Below, piece by piece: positions 26,264 through 39,944 of a stretch of DNA of 64,000 nt. The stretch is from NCBI GenBank assembly GCA_964016885.1, contig OZ024740.1, positions 81,096,001 to 81,160,000 on the forward strand, given 5' to 3'. The DNA comes from Eledone cirrhosa. Taxonomy: Eukaryota. The notes beneath the pieces were generated by a model. The model made no database searches. It saw only the letters and a program-made list of their open reading frames with translations, and was not told where the DNA came from. The translations under genes were made by a program, and so were the position numbers. The first letter of the stretch is position 1. Every line of letters begins with the position of its first letter.

Positions 26264-27576
26264 GGTTGTGAAATTAGTACATTTAAATCCGGGTGGTTCT
26301 GATTGAATATCGAGATTGCTGGATCGATATATATTAGCACAACGTCCACCAACCCAACATCATTCGCCTATCATATATCGTATTTCTTTTCATGTTATTG
26401 TTATCATTACTGTCATCACTATTTTACACATCCACTTACCTCAACTCAAACTACCAGCACCACTACTACTATTATCAGTAACCATATTTTATACTTTTTT
26501 ATAATTTTTAATTTTTATACTTTTTTCATTATCTTTTGGGCCAAAACCCAGCAACCTGTTTGGCCTACCGAAAGTTAATAAGTCAAAAGAAATCCAACTG
26601 GCAGTAAAAGAACAAAACAGTGAGTTTACTACATCCAAAAGACTTAAAACTTAGACCTATTATAGCAGGTCCAACATGCCCTATCCAATGTCTAAGCAAT
26701 TTTGTTGACATTATTTTGAAACCACTATGTATTCACATACCCATTTTCATCCAGGATGTTATCGACTTCCTGTCCCATCTTCCCAAAACCACGGAAACGA
26801 ATTCACTTCTACTTAGTTTTGATGTGGTAAGCCACATGATTTAGGAATAAAGGCGGTTAAATACTGGGTGGAAAAACATAGAGAAGTGATTCCCACAAGA
26901 TTCACAGCGCCATTTATATTAGACACAGTCAAACTTATTCTGGAAAACGAAACTTTCCTCTTCAATTGAAAGAATTACATCCAAATTAGAGGCAGAGCGA
27001 TGGGAACGAAGTTTCCTCCCGTTTACACGAACCCTGTAATGGGAGACTTAGAACAACAACTACACCAAGAAATAGAGGAAAATATAGCACTGACTTTAGA
27101 AAGTACATTGAAAAATCTTGGAAGAGATACCTTCACGACTGTTTCATCATCTGGACAGAATCTCTAGATACTCTGAATGAGTTCAATATCCTCTTGAACC
27201 CATCTCTCCAATTCACAAAAGAGATGAGTAGGATCAAATTACCATTCCTAGATATAATGATAATCAAAAACAACACCACCATTACCACGGATATATATTA
27301 TAAACACACAGATACCCATCAATATCTGAATTTTAAGTCGTGCCATCCACCTCATAAAAACGCAACATCCCATACTGCCCAGCCAGAAGAATGTGTACCA
27401 TTGTAGAAGATACGAATCCCAGGTACAAACGCCTAACAGAACTGAGAGAATTTTTGCTCAAACAAAGATACCCATCTCTACTTATAGAAAATGGCATACA
27501 GCGGGCTATAAAAATACCTATACAACAACTTAGGACAACCCAAGGAAGAAGAAACCAAGAACTGGTCATACCATTT

Positions 27577-27762
27577 ATAATTGTTTCTACTTTAGGCACA
27601 AGGCCAGCAATTACCCAATACATTACTGGTACTTTATTTTATCGACCCCCGTAAGGATGAAAGGCGAAGTTAACATCGGCGGGATTTGAACTCAGACTGT
27701 AAAGGGACGTAACTATGCTAGAAAGCATGGCGTCCAACCCTCTACCGATACTGCCAATTCAC
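27577..27762 (-). mobile_element. tRNA/Meta-domain SINE inserted in the Neptune ORF
   Basis: Same family as 19594-19774. Confidence 0.9.
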
Positions 27763-28741
27763 ACACACAATCAATGTCACCAGAATATCTTCAACACTGC
27801 CAAAGCAAAACTACCGATCATTGTTAAAGGTAATGAATTAAAAGGCTTAATCACAGACCGATCTTTGACTCTTAGTAAAACACAGCCGAAAAATTTGAAG
27901 CAATTACTAACAAAAGCAAAGTTTGACCTTAACAACAAAGACCAATCATTCACTCTATCTAATCTAAATGCAAAGATAGACGATGAGGCACATGTCAATC
28001 CATACACAACGGTCAATATATGAACACAAAAACTGGAAAAATATTCCCAAATGCAAATATGAACTGCAAAAGCAGGAATCTAATTTACTGCATTAAATGT
28101 CCGAATTATGAAGAACTATATGTCAGTCGAACTAGAAATGCACTATTGGAACGTGCACGGGTGCACCGACAGCAAATCAGAGACCCAAATGTCCGTCAGA
28201 TGCCCCTCAGTAATCATCTAGCAACATGTGGTCAGAGAATATTTATAATATTTCCATTCTACAAATCACACAGCCCATGTGAAATCAAGAGAAAAATCAA
28301 AGAAAAGAATTTTATTGATAAATTACAACCCAAGCTTAATGAACAATAATAATGGGCTATTACTCCTACTATGACTGTGACTGTGACTGTGACTACGACC
28401 ATGTCAATCACTACCACTAACAACAACAGCAACAACAACAATAATAATAAAAGTGATGTTGATGGTGATGATTACTAGAAAATGCTATTTTCATCATTTC
28501 TAAAAATAGCAAAACAATTGATGCTTTGGACAGGGTCAAATATTAGTCGTTAGACATGCTCGACCTACCGTGATGCCTAAACCAATCAGCTTTAGTAATC
28601 CAGTGAAACTACACTCCGATTGGTCGAAATACAGTTAGCAGAATTTAGAATTCTGTAGTCTCTTTTCACTGTATGTAAGGCACACAATTTAGCCATCTCA
28701 TTACAGTTGAAAATTGCAAACTTGACTTTCACCACTGAATA

Positions 28742-28780
28742 TGCACCGGAAGATTGCGAAAGCATGAAAATACTTGTTCA
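28742..28780 (+). ncRNA. Degenerate hammerhead motif in the Neptune pLTR
   Basis: tgcac-CGGAAGA-ttgc gaaa gcat-GAAA-atac-TT-gttca. Core carries U4G and stem I has a mismatch. Confidence 0.4.
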
Positions 28781-28910
28781 ATTAACACTTAACATTTAAT
28801 ATTCTACCATACTATTTCATTCTAATACCATTATAAATTTTAAAGGATTGTAAATAAAACTAGTAAATCAGACAAAGTTGGAATTCCTTTTATTAATATA
28901 TATATATGTA

Positions 28911-29018
<108 letters not shown>

Positions 29019-29086
29019 CCTTTTATTAATATATATATATATATATATAAATGAAATCTATATGTTCTTGGTGCAACTCTTGGTTT

Positions 29087-29128
<42 letters not shown>

Positions 29129-29327
29129 AAAGCAAGAGTTGCACCAACAACATATAGACTTCGAGAAAGGAGACCTATATACCATATTCCCCTGCTTGGA
29201 TAGTGATGCTATACGATTCAAAGGATACCGTCGAGTCAAATTCTCTGGTAAATAGTTATCTTGTTTAAGCTTTCATTCTTGACATACATAAACAAACCTT
29301 TATCTACCCTCATATTCATATAGGTAT

Positions 29328-29373
<46 letters not shown>

Positions 29374-29497
29374 CGAAGGAATTGTGGTAAGGAACATGAT
29401 GGACCATAACGCACCAAAGTACTCAATACTTAGGGTTGTAGAGTGGGTAATAGGAACAAGTATGACCCGGCGGCAGAGCTCAAGCCATTTCGACGGG

Positions 29498-29699
<202 letters not shown>

Positions 29700-30015
29700 G
29701 TATATGTATGTATGCAAGATACGTTATTGTAATGTAGAGTGAACGTGGGTAAAAAAATAGGATGCAGCTCACCATATAGATATGCTCAATAGAATTCATG
29801 GAGTATTATATAGTAAATACCTGGTTGATATTCATCACCGACTATAATATATATATAGATTCTAATGTGTAATCCATGGAGCAATATAATATAATATAAA
29901 CTCGAAATAAGGAAAAATTAAGCAGGCCTTGCTGAATATTGAAGAAATATTTATTTGGGATTACAAACATCTAATTGAGTGAAGTTACGTAACGGCCTGC
30001 AAGCGCATTCAGAGG

Positions 30016-30119
30016 TTGCTCTGATGATGTGTGTAACAGAAGAGAACACAATAGTGGATTACATGACAATCTAGATCTTGTAGTCTGTTACGTAACTACA
30101 CTGAAACAAGTGTTAGTAA
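30016..30119 (+). ncRNA. Type I hammerhead ribozyme with long stem II
   Basis: ttgct-CTGATGA-tgtgt gtaacaga...tctgttac gtaact acact-GAAA-c aagt g-TT-agtaa. Confidence 0.65.
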
Positions 30120-30198
30120 AGCTCCTGCATCAATATATATTTCTTTCATTTTGAGTAAATCTTGCCCAGTCTTTTCCTAATTTTGTCCATATATTATA

Positions 30199-30394
30199 CG
30201 AGGGTTGGTTGAAAAGTTCATTGGCTGACTAGGAAAGAGTGAAGCTAGACTGTGAAATCATGCATGCATTAATTTCAACTCTATTTACTAATAACTGCAT
30301 TGCTTCTTTCCAGGGATTATTTTGGAAGGTAAGCCTCATTTAGTAATTCCATGAGAGAATCTTAGTCAGCCTCTGAATTATCAGCCAACCCTCC
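30199..30394. mobile_element. Tc1/mariner-type MITE
   Basis: TA|cgagggttggttgaaaagttcattggctgacta ... tagtcagcctctgaattatcagccaaccctcc|TA: imperfect TIRs of about 33 bp and a TA TSD. Confidence 0.8.
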
Positions 30395-31304
30395 TATACA
30401 TATATGTAGGTGTATGTGTATGTGTGTGTGTGTGCGTGTGTGTGTGTGTGTATGTACATGTATATGTATATATATATATATTCTCTCGTCTACGATTTCA
30501 CAGAACTTACGTTCACCGAATTCACAGACTAGACCCCTTCTTCCTCCCGTTAGACCTGTACGGAATTCCTTCCTTGCTCACATTCCAACCAGGTTTGATG
30601 GTCTTTATTCTCGCTCGTTCACGATTTCACCGAATTTATATTCATGGAAATTTGGGACTTGCCTCCTTCTTCCTCACTTTTCGTTGCTTCACCATCTTTG
30701 TTTGATTACACTCTCGTGTTCCCTTTATTTACGTGTCCCAACGACTTTTTTTAGACGTTGCTCACAGCAACCGGAGGTATATGGTCTTTAAAGCGATGAA
30801 ATACGAATGATGGTTGGAAGATCACTGATGAAGGACTAACTTTATTCATATGTAACCCATTAGCAACCACGCAGCACGTTTATTCTCATATTTACACATT
30901 TTTTCCCCGCTGTTACCCGTCTATTTCGTTCTTACTGCTTCCTCTTTCTCTGTATCTTTACTCTCTCTAGCAGTCACTCTCTCTGTTAGCCTCTTCCTCA
31001 CCCTTCACTCACTCATTCTCTGTTACTATATAAGAACCATAGAGCTCCCTCGGTTGAGCACTCTATTGACTTATATTCATCATGCAGAAACAACATCTGA
31101 ATATTTCTACAAAGAAAATACCCGTACGAAGCAGGAAAACATACCTAAAACTCCTGATATCGTCTTCCTGTCTTCCTCCGGTTGCAACGTTTTTTGAAAT
31201 ATTCATTTCTGCGTTTACAGATTGACTTTGTCAGTTTCAGAATATCCCGTTAAGGATGAAAGCAGCGATTCTTTGCTTAAAATTTAATCTGTTATTTTAA
31301 TATA

Positions 31305-31389
<85 letters not shown>

Positions 31390-32005
31390 CTAGCGCTCAC
31401 CCACCCTTCGCCTAGATCTGTACCGTATTCTAATCTACTCATAAGACACCTCTTGGTATCTAACGTAATGCCCATATTCCTTAAAATAAAAGATGTTAAA
31501 AGTGATTTAGACAGATATAACATCATATTAAAACATATCTAGAATATCGAAATACAGAAATTAATATAGAAAATAATAGAAACATGTTCTACAAAAATGA
31601 TAAAACATTTACTGATCCTTGATATATATACAATGTTTTCTTTGGCGCACACACGAAAAGTTTGTTGGCGCTTCCTACTTTAAAATAATCTACATACATT
31701 TAACCATGTGAGAAACGACCACCTTCTACATAGAGACCGACATCCTGCAGTGTTTGAAACGAAAGCGGACAACTGTTAGTATTAGCAGCATTCTATGTAT
31801 AAAATGGATGTCTGCCTTACCGCATCAAGTGATTAGTTCTATTGGTCCGAGGGAGGGCTAATAAATGCAGAGCAGCTTCATCTATTTTAGCTAGTTTATT
31901 GTTGTGCTACTCGTTCCCCTATGCCGTATTCGGAAAAATCCGAACGCCTTCGGATCTAGATGTTGAAATGGAGGGAGCCAAGCCGTCATGGTCCCGAATT
32001 GTTCA
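31390..32005 (-). mobile_element. Possible Helitron 3' portion
   Basis: Reverse complement ends ..ctaggcgaagggtgggtgagcgCTAG|t, resembling a Helitron hairpin + CTAG. 5' end not found. Confidence 0.35.
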
Positions 32006-32026
32006 TCTATCTATCTCTCTCTCTCC

Positions 32027-32135
<109 letters not shown>

Positions 32136-32656
32136 GTGTGTATGTGTTTTTGTGTAAGTATATAACTTACATTATACAAACATATATGAGCCAAGAAGAG
32201 GTCCTCCAGTGTGTTCCTGAAATGGGAAGAAATAGCAATTAATTATTCCTGAAATCACAGCCCACCTACTGAAAATTCAATCAACTAATACCACACATAT
32301 TTCCACAGTCTCTTAAATATTCGTCCGTGCAAAATATATTGATAAAGCTATAAACGGTTGATACTGGAACAATTGCATAATCCCCGGTGTACAACACTTG
32401 TATTAATTCTGACATCCCTTGCCAGTAAGCAATGCGTAGGTCTTTGTGTTTTTGATTCTTCACAAGAAATCGTCAAGAGCCTTTTATGGCACACTGAAAT
32501 ATATTGCTACGGATGATTTGCAGCTTTTATAAATTTTGATTTATTATTTGCTATATTTAACGCATGTGTATACGAAGGTGTCTTCGGTTATGTATGACTA
32601 TGTTTGTTATTTCCTGTATGGTAAGTATATGTGTATGCATATATATGTTTGCTAAA

Positions 32657-33083
32657 TAGTAACGGTTTCTTATATAGGCACAGAGCCAGCAATTTGGGGG
32701 GAGGGGAAAGTCGATTAAATCGACACCAGTGCGTGACTGGTACTTTATTTATCGACCCCGTAAGGATGAAAGGCAAAGTTAACCTCGGCGAGATTTGAAA
32801 TCAGATAATAAATGGACGTAACTCTTTGCTGCAAAGCAAGGCGTCCGACCCTCTACCGATACTGCCAATCCACTGCCCTATAGGTTTGTTAAATAATTGT
32901 TTTTATTTTTGGCACAAGGCCAGAAATTAACCAGTGTATTACTGGTACTTTATTTTATCGACCCCGTAAGGATGAAAGGCGAAGTTAACCTCGGCGGGAT
33001 TTGAACTCAGAATGGAAAGGGCCGTAACTCTTTGCGTCAAAGCATGGCGTCCGACCCTCTACCGATACTGCCAATCCACCGCC
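32657..33083 (-). mobile_element. Two tandem tRNA/Meta-domain SINEs
   Basis: 32657-32877 and 32893-33083. A tttg(c/t)taaata(g/a)t motif occurs before, between and after them. Confidence 0.9.
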
Positions 33084-33303
33084 TTTTGTTAAATAATAAT
33101 GATATATATGTACACGTGAAAACGCATGTGAAAACGCCAATGTGATGGTTTCTCCGTGCACGTATATGTGTAATTTTTGTTATATTTATATTTTGTGTTA
33201 TCATTTTGCACATAAATACGCATGAATAACTGCATACATAATTATATGCATACCTAATAAGACACACACACATCCACGCACAACACACACACACACACAC
33301 ACA

Positions 33304-33349
<46 letters not shown>

Positions 33350-34806
33350 CACATACACACACATATATATATATAATTTGATACAGACATATATTCCCCG
33401 TACACAGGCATATATAAATATATAATACACACACACACACATATATACATATCAATATATACATATATATATGTTTGTGTGGGAGGGGGTGGTGTATAGT
33501 GAGGAGCAAAATTAATATATTTGCACTTAATTACACATTCGTGATGTGACATATCTAAATAAAATTTAACATTTTATTGATCATATCTAAAATTTACTTT
33601 CATATCGTATTTTCCGCTATTTCTTTTCTTTCCAGAGCACTTTTATGTAATTCATTGCGTGTTTGATTCATTCGTTTATTGATTCCTTTCTTCCTTCATT
33701 CATTCCTTTATTCATCCATTTATCCTCTTGTCTTTGTACGTTTATTTCTCGTACCGTTATGAACAGTTTAATGAAATAAAATTCATATGACTGAACACGA
33801 ATTCCATTTAAATTGTTTGGAACTCCCACGTCTTGTAAGTTATACTATTACTACCAAGCCTACAAAAAGAAATAGACTTATGACTTGCAAGCTCACAAAA
33901 ACCTTTTTGTTATTTAGCATCATAGCCGTCACCACAGCGTGATTTATTTCCCGGCGCAATTTACTCACTACATTATCCAATGCAACTTTCCTTTTACAAA
34001 CTGTATGGTTTGGGTTTAGATAGAATTGGCTGTTATTTCTTACTTACCGAAATAACGTTTGGAGACTCTGTTGTTTTACGTCTTAAATAATGATTTACTT
34101 ACATATAATAACATCTTAATACTAGTTAACAGTAAAATGATCAATATTTTCTGTACCAGATGACTACAATATATTATGACATGATCTTCATAACTTCTTA
34201 AATTATTGACTGAAGGCATATTTCCTCTATTCAACTTAATCTTCAAAAGGTTGATAGCTACAGATCCTCGTAAAAAAGATTCCTAACATAATTTGTGCGG
34301 AGCAAGTTTATGTATTTTTTATCAATTAATTATGTAGTAAGGGAACGTTTCAAGCAAAATATTTTTACGTCACAAATATTACTTTGTAATACGACATACT
34401 TGGATATGATATATTAATTAACTCTAGAACACTCGCATCGTATCTATATTAAAAGGTGAATTAAATGCGTTTACTCCTCTTTAAAATCCAAAATCTTTCT
34501 GATCGATAATATAATTTGTAAAATAGACAGAATATCATACATTTCTAAATGTAGCTGATTCCATTGATTTTCCCACCTGACGCATATTTATTTTATTAGA
34601 ATAATGAATAACATAATCAATGTTGGTGGTATTTGAACTCAGAATGTAAAGAAACATGAATACATTCCTTAAAACATTGTAATACATTGATCTACTAACT
34701 ATACTGTTAATAACGCAGTTGTTGCCATACTTTTAATTAGTTAATGTGCAGGTGATTATCAGAATCATTGTCTCCCGCTCGCTCGCTCTCCCCATGTCTC
34801 ACTATT

Positions 34807-35480
34807 CTAGGTAAATGGAGGCCCACGCGCTGGCTGCCCCGCGGTCCCGGGGGGACAGAATAGAGAAGGCATTTCCTCGGAGGATGGTGAGGGAGACGTC
34901 TTAGAAGAGCCATTCCAGCTCGCGAGACGCATACCTGTGGGTAGCCAACTCATGCCAATAGTGGTGAGAAGGAGGGTAAGGCCTTGAACCTTGCACCCCT
35001 GTGGAGTTGCGAAGCCGAGCATAATCATGCGAGGTGGTGCTGGTGGAGCTGGCGGAGCTGGCGCGCTAGCCTGTTCGCAGCTACGCCGCACTGGATGAAA
35101 TTCCATGTGCTCAGGTGGAATTTGACGTCTACATGGGGAAGAGAATGAAGGAAGTCTAGAGGGCGTAGTCCGAGGAGGTTCCATGTAGCGCAGGCGGCCT
35201 CGCGTTCCTTTATCACAGTGGGTTCCGTTGTGTTGTGGCGAACCGTGTTGATGAGGACTCGGTAAGTGGTCACCGACGAAAGAAACGCCGGCAAAGTCAA
35301 TAAAACCGGAGAGTGGAGATCAGGGCCACCGTTTCTAACGGATAAAGTAACCTATTGCCATCTAAAGTCGTTAAGCCTGACGTTGCATATATCCTCAGAT
35401 ACCACTCGGATACAAGTATCAAGGTCAGGGAAGAGATCCGTGACTGTAAGAATTACGAATAATATATTGCGTTGTCTTCC
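34807..35480 (-). mobile_element. CRE-clade element, internally deleted remnant
   Basis: ICNVRLND..W..VTLSVRNGG..LPAFLSS (RT thumb region) joined to RELEWLF*DVSLTILRGNAFSILS, homologous to 10555-10970. Confidence 0.75.
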
Positions 35481-37229
35481 ATAATGGCACCAACATTTTA
35501 TTAAATATTTAACTTTGTTTCCATACTCTTTGCGAGGTACTTAGAAACAATTCAGTGGCAAACGAACTACTTCAATATATTATGCCTGTTTCAAGTGAAT
35601 ACAGATTCTACTTGCGATGACACTCAGACTTGTTAAAGTAAATCCCAATAACACAGTCTGGTTTAAGTTTAATTGACATTAAGAAAACTTAATTTAGTGA
35701 ATATTGCTACTTTTGCCATTTACTAATATAATTTTCAACTAAATTAACTGGTAAGTGTACTTTAACAAAACAACATACACTATATTTACCGTCCTACATT
35801 TAAAGGAAACGTCACCGTGAGGCTTCCCTCCTGTATATCGTAAGTCATAATATTTTCTGTATTATTGGAAATGAGGGCGCCGTATCTTATTTGTAACTTC
35901 TATTAATTGTTTCTGCTTTACATACTTGATTACTCATTCATCATCTTCAAATCAGTTAATATTCCAGGTGAGAAAGTGTTGGTAGCAGACAAAAAACTAG
36001 AGAGATATGATGTGTTTGAATTTGATTTGATGATGTAACATGTAGTGATGACCCGATTTTTTACCGTTAATCAGAGAAAATAATACGCTTCAGAATCTCT
36101 GATATTGCTGACGCGGGGGCGGAAGGCAGATCTTCTGAAACGGTTGACTCAGTCCAATTGGTTTTCACTGGCTGAAAGCTATTAAGTGAAGCCTTGGGCC
36201 AGTTGGTATTAAACTGGGAAATAGATTAACCTAGCCTCCTAAGAGATCAATGTGGAATTTGAACTCAGAATTCAAAAGATACAGAAGAAATATGGCAGAC
36301 ACCTCGTCGGATGCTCTACAAATGTTATCAAACGAATACACCCCCGACCGGACGAGAGGTAAAGTTGATCTTAGAGAGATTTGAACACAGAACATCAAGA
36401 ACCGAGAAAGATACTGCATGGCATTTTTTCTGACATTATAAAAATTTAATTTACTACCTATGAAAATTACATGGCTTACAATAATTAATTAACAGCAACG
36501 GTTCTATCTAATCCCATTTGTGTAAACATCACTGTTACACATCTGTATATATCCTTCTACACTGCTTTCTCTATGTCTGTCAGTGAACTGTAGCATAATG
36601 TGATACATATTTACAACAGGTCGTGTTACTGAATAAAATATAATACAGGAAATGTTTAAAAGTCTAAACATGACTGGATACTATGTATATCGAATCCTAA
36701 ACATTACAGTTGTGATATCACATGTAGAGTGACTTTAGTCCTCATTTCAAACCATTTAAACCATTTAAAATAATTTACCTTGCGTCGTTTACAATTCAGG
36801 TGCTGTGAAGTGAAACAGATAATCCTTACTACGGTGGTTTCAATTATTCAAAACTTGACACGGAAGAGCTGAAGGTTAATATCTGTGATAATAATTTAGA
36901 ATTAAAATGTCGACTAAACACCATTTACCATTGCTTAGCGTGAAATGTCACTAAAAACATATTAAGGAATTAATTCAATTATTTTTTATTTTATGTTATC
37001 TTTACACTTTGATATTTCAACAAAACAGATGTCACACGTGACAATAATTTAATATATTATAAATTGATTTAATACTAAACTTGTTATATTACAAATAATT
37101 GAAGTTTGTATGAAACAAGAAAAACATTAGAAAAATAAGAACAATGAACTATTAACAAAATACAGTAGAAGCAAAATTAAATTAAAATGACGCTTCAATT
37201 ATTCTATGCAAATTATATTTAGAACATAT

Positions 37230-38177
37230 TTCCATTCCTTACCCATAATATGTTTGTCATATTCCAAAACGGGTTTTACCTAGTAATTATCGTTCATATG
37301 TAGTTGATTGAAGATATGGATGCCAAATTCCGGCCATGTGATCCTGTTATACTGTGACCTCACTTTATTACTGATTATAGAGTGAATAGCAATGTTCCAG
37401 AAGGAAGCTATGTGGTGGAATGCAGCCTTACAGGCTGTTGATACAAATATTCTATCAACTTTCCAATATCTTTCTCGAGACATAAAGGTAGAATTAGTCC
37501 TTGCGCTATATACGCACTCTATAACATCTGATCGTATATTCGATTGATTAGAAAAGATAATGAGAGTCTGGTCATTTAATATAATGTCTCGAAGCTGTTT
37601 GTATAAAGCGATGTCTAAAAGCTATTGTTTGTAAATTCATTAAAAATCTCTGATCTCTACTTTTGGGTATGTATTATTTACTTTATATTTTTCTTAATAT
37701 TTGAATTTTTTTTTAATTTGAACATGATTCATTAATTTCAACGTTTTAAGGACATTGTTATTTGTCTTAGAAGTTTATGTTCCTGCGACTTATGTTTGTG
37801 CACATTAGTCATCTTACGTTGGACGACAAATCTAATGCATATATCTTGAATAACATAAATTGCTTTGGTTTCATGGCATTCCTTAACAAGAACAGACTTT
37901 CGGATCAGTTTGAAAATATTGCTTTTGAATTAATGTCTTTGTGGGAGTTTACACTGGATATATTTTAAGTATTTCTAATGAGTATCGTAGCGACAGTATA
38001 TTTTGGACCGTAGATTATTAATTCAGAGAAAACGGATGCTCAAAGAAGTCTAGACTGGAGACTGAATAACATAGAGTCGGGACAGACAGCACAAAATATT
38101 GACAGAGACATTTATTGCCCAAAGCTTTACGTGGTTAAGGAGTATTTTGTCATTTGTATCGCAGAGATCTAAGGCTT

Positions 38178-38262
<85 letters not shown>

Positions 38263-39250
38263 CACCACCACCACCACCACCACTACTACTACTACTATTA
38301 CATCTTCTTGTTGTCCTAACTCTCGACTGTGCAAGCATTTCTGGCACTACATCTGGATAGTGAATTTTCAGTCCATCCAATTCGACGGTAACAGAGCCAC
38401 GGAACTTTGTTTAGAAACCTCTGACTATATCTAACTGGCAGCATCTGGCCTTCTCGAATAATTCTTGCTCCTTACCTATAAAGGTTCTAACATTACTGTT
38501 GTCAATTAGGATTTGCTCCGTTCTGGGCAACTTACCAGTCTTGTGTTAGGTCCATGCAACACTTCCCAGTCCATCGACAGTTATCACAGCTTTGGATGCA
38601 GACTGCAATATAGTTTTCGAACAAGCCATTCTACAAAAGATCCGAACACTCCCTCCTTAATCCACGCAAATAACGATGATATATGGATGACTTTATTTCA
38701 TCTCATCATACAACAGTTTTTTTTAGGTAATATTCGCCCCAATTTATCTATAGGTTGAGGTAGTTCAAATTCCTTTTTCAGCATGTTCATAGTAATTTCA
38801 TTATGTAGTGTATCTCTGACAGCATTTGGAGTAATCAAAATTCCCTGCAGGCAGATACAATTTAAATTGTATCTGCAGGATATGAAGTTTCTTCATATTG
38901 TTTGTTGCATTCTTCGTTTGATGTTATTTCAAATCACTCTTTTTCTCGCCTGAATAGTTTCCTCTACTTTTCTAGTTTACAGTAGTGTTGCCGTTAGTTG
39001 CGTTCCTCGTTTACTGGTCTCTATTGACATCGTCGTTATTTACGACATTGTTAATGTAACCTTCTGAATTTATACGCAATGTAAGGGATGATTTCTACTG
39101 GCTTGTTTTCAATCTTTTCACTACTTTCACCCTTCCGGTAATTTCAAATAAGGCTCGAGGTGGTACATAAAAACGTGAAAAAACACATTTTTCTTCATTG
39201 CTATTATCGGTTTACTGAATCTGTAGCTTTCCAGAATATCTGCAATTAAA
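37230..39250 (-). mobile_element. Highly decayed non-LTR (RTE-like) RT remnant, with (TAC)n(CAC)n at 38178-38300
   Basis: Scattered minus-strand motifs (STVQNILSLR; DIAL; KVDRIFVST..AAFHHIASFW) in plausible order; many stop codons. Confidence 0.45.
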
Positions 39251-39944
39251 TTGTTGCCCAGAGATTCGTCGGTCAGAATATACACCATACAAATACCATA
39301 TTTCGTTTGTCATTTTATTATGATTATTTCTTGTTATATGATTTTCAAATATTTGTTTATGTATGATTAGATAACTATGATATTTTAAGGATAGTTCTGA
39401 AAAGAGATATTTAGTTAAACAAAATAGATATTTATTATTTCGTAACGAAGATATTCTGGGAAAGCATTAAGAAACAAAAATAAAAAGACAAAAAAAAAAA
39501 GGATGAAGGGTCCCTTCAATTTGTAAAGCAATACGGTTTCACCATAATTATCAAAATAATACACAATATTATATGAAACCTCCTCCAGAGAAATACAGTA
39601 TTTGTATGAAATATATATTGATGTATGCCACTATTACTCTGAATCTTGAAAACGCTAAAATGTTATATATACAGACGTACACACCTACGAAACACAAACA
39701 CACACACATACGCGCGCGCAGCACACATGCACGCGAACACATATATATATAAGCATATATATTTCTATGGAAAAAGAATAAATATGTATATGTATATGTG
39801 CACACACATACACTCACACACGCCCATACAGACAAACGCACACACACATACACACACATACACATACACATATATATATACACACACACACACATATATA
39901 CATATATATATTAGTATTGGTGTATACGTTCGTATGTGTGCGGG

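Larger units (their letters stand above)
26540..28900 (+). mobile_element. Neptune-type PLE, 5'-truncated and degenerate, with a SINE insertion
   Basis: LRPIIAG, SFDVVS, AMGTKF, WKRYLHDCFIIW, KLPFLDI, YYKHTDTHQYL..SCHP, CKSRNLIYCIKCP..LYV, KEKNFI..LQPKLN (coding remnants end at 28349). Confidence 0.9.

Noticed and set aside
30820-30860. CTGATGA heptamer
   Set aside because: No downstream GAAA or stem arrangement.
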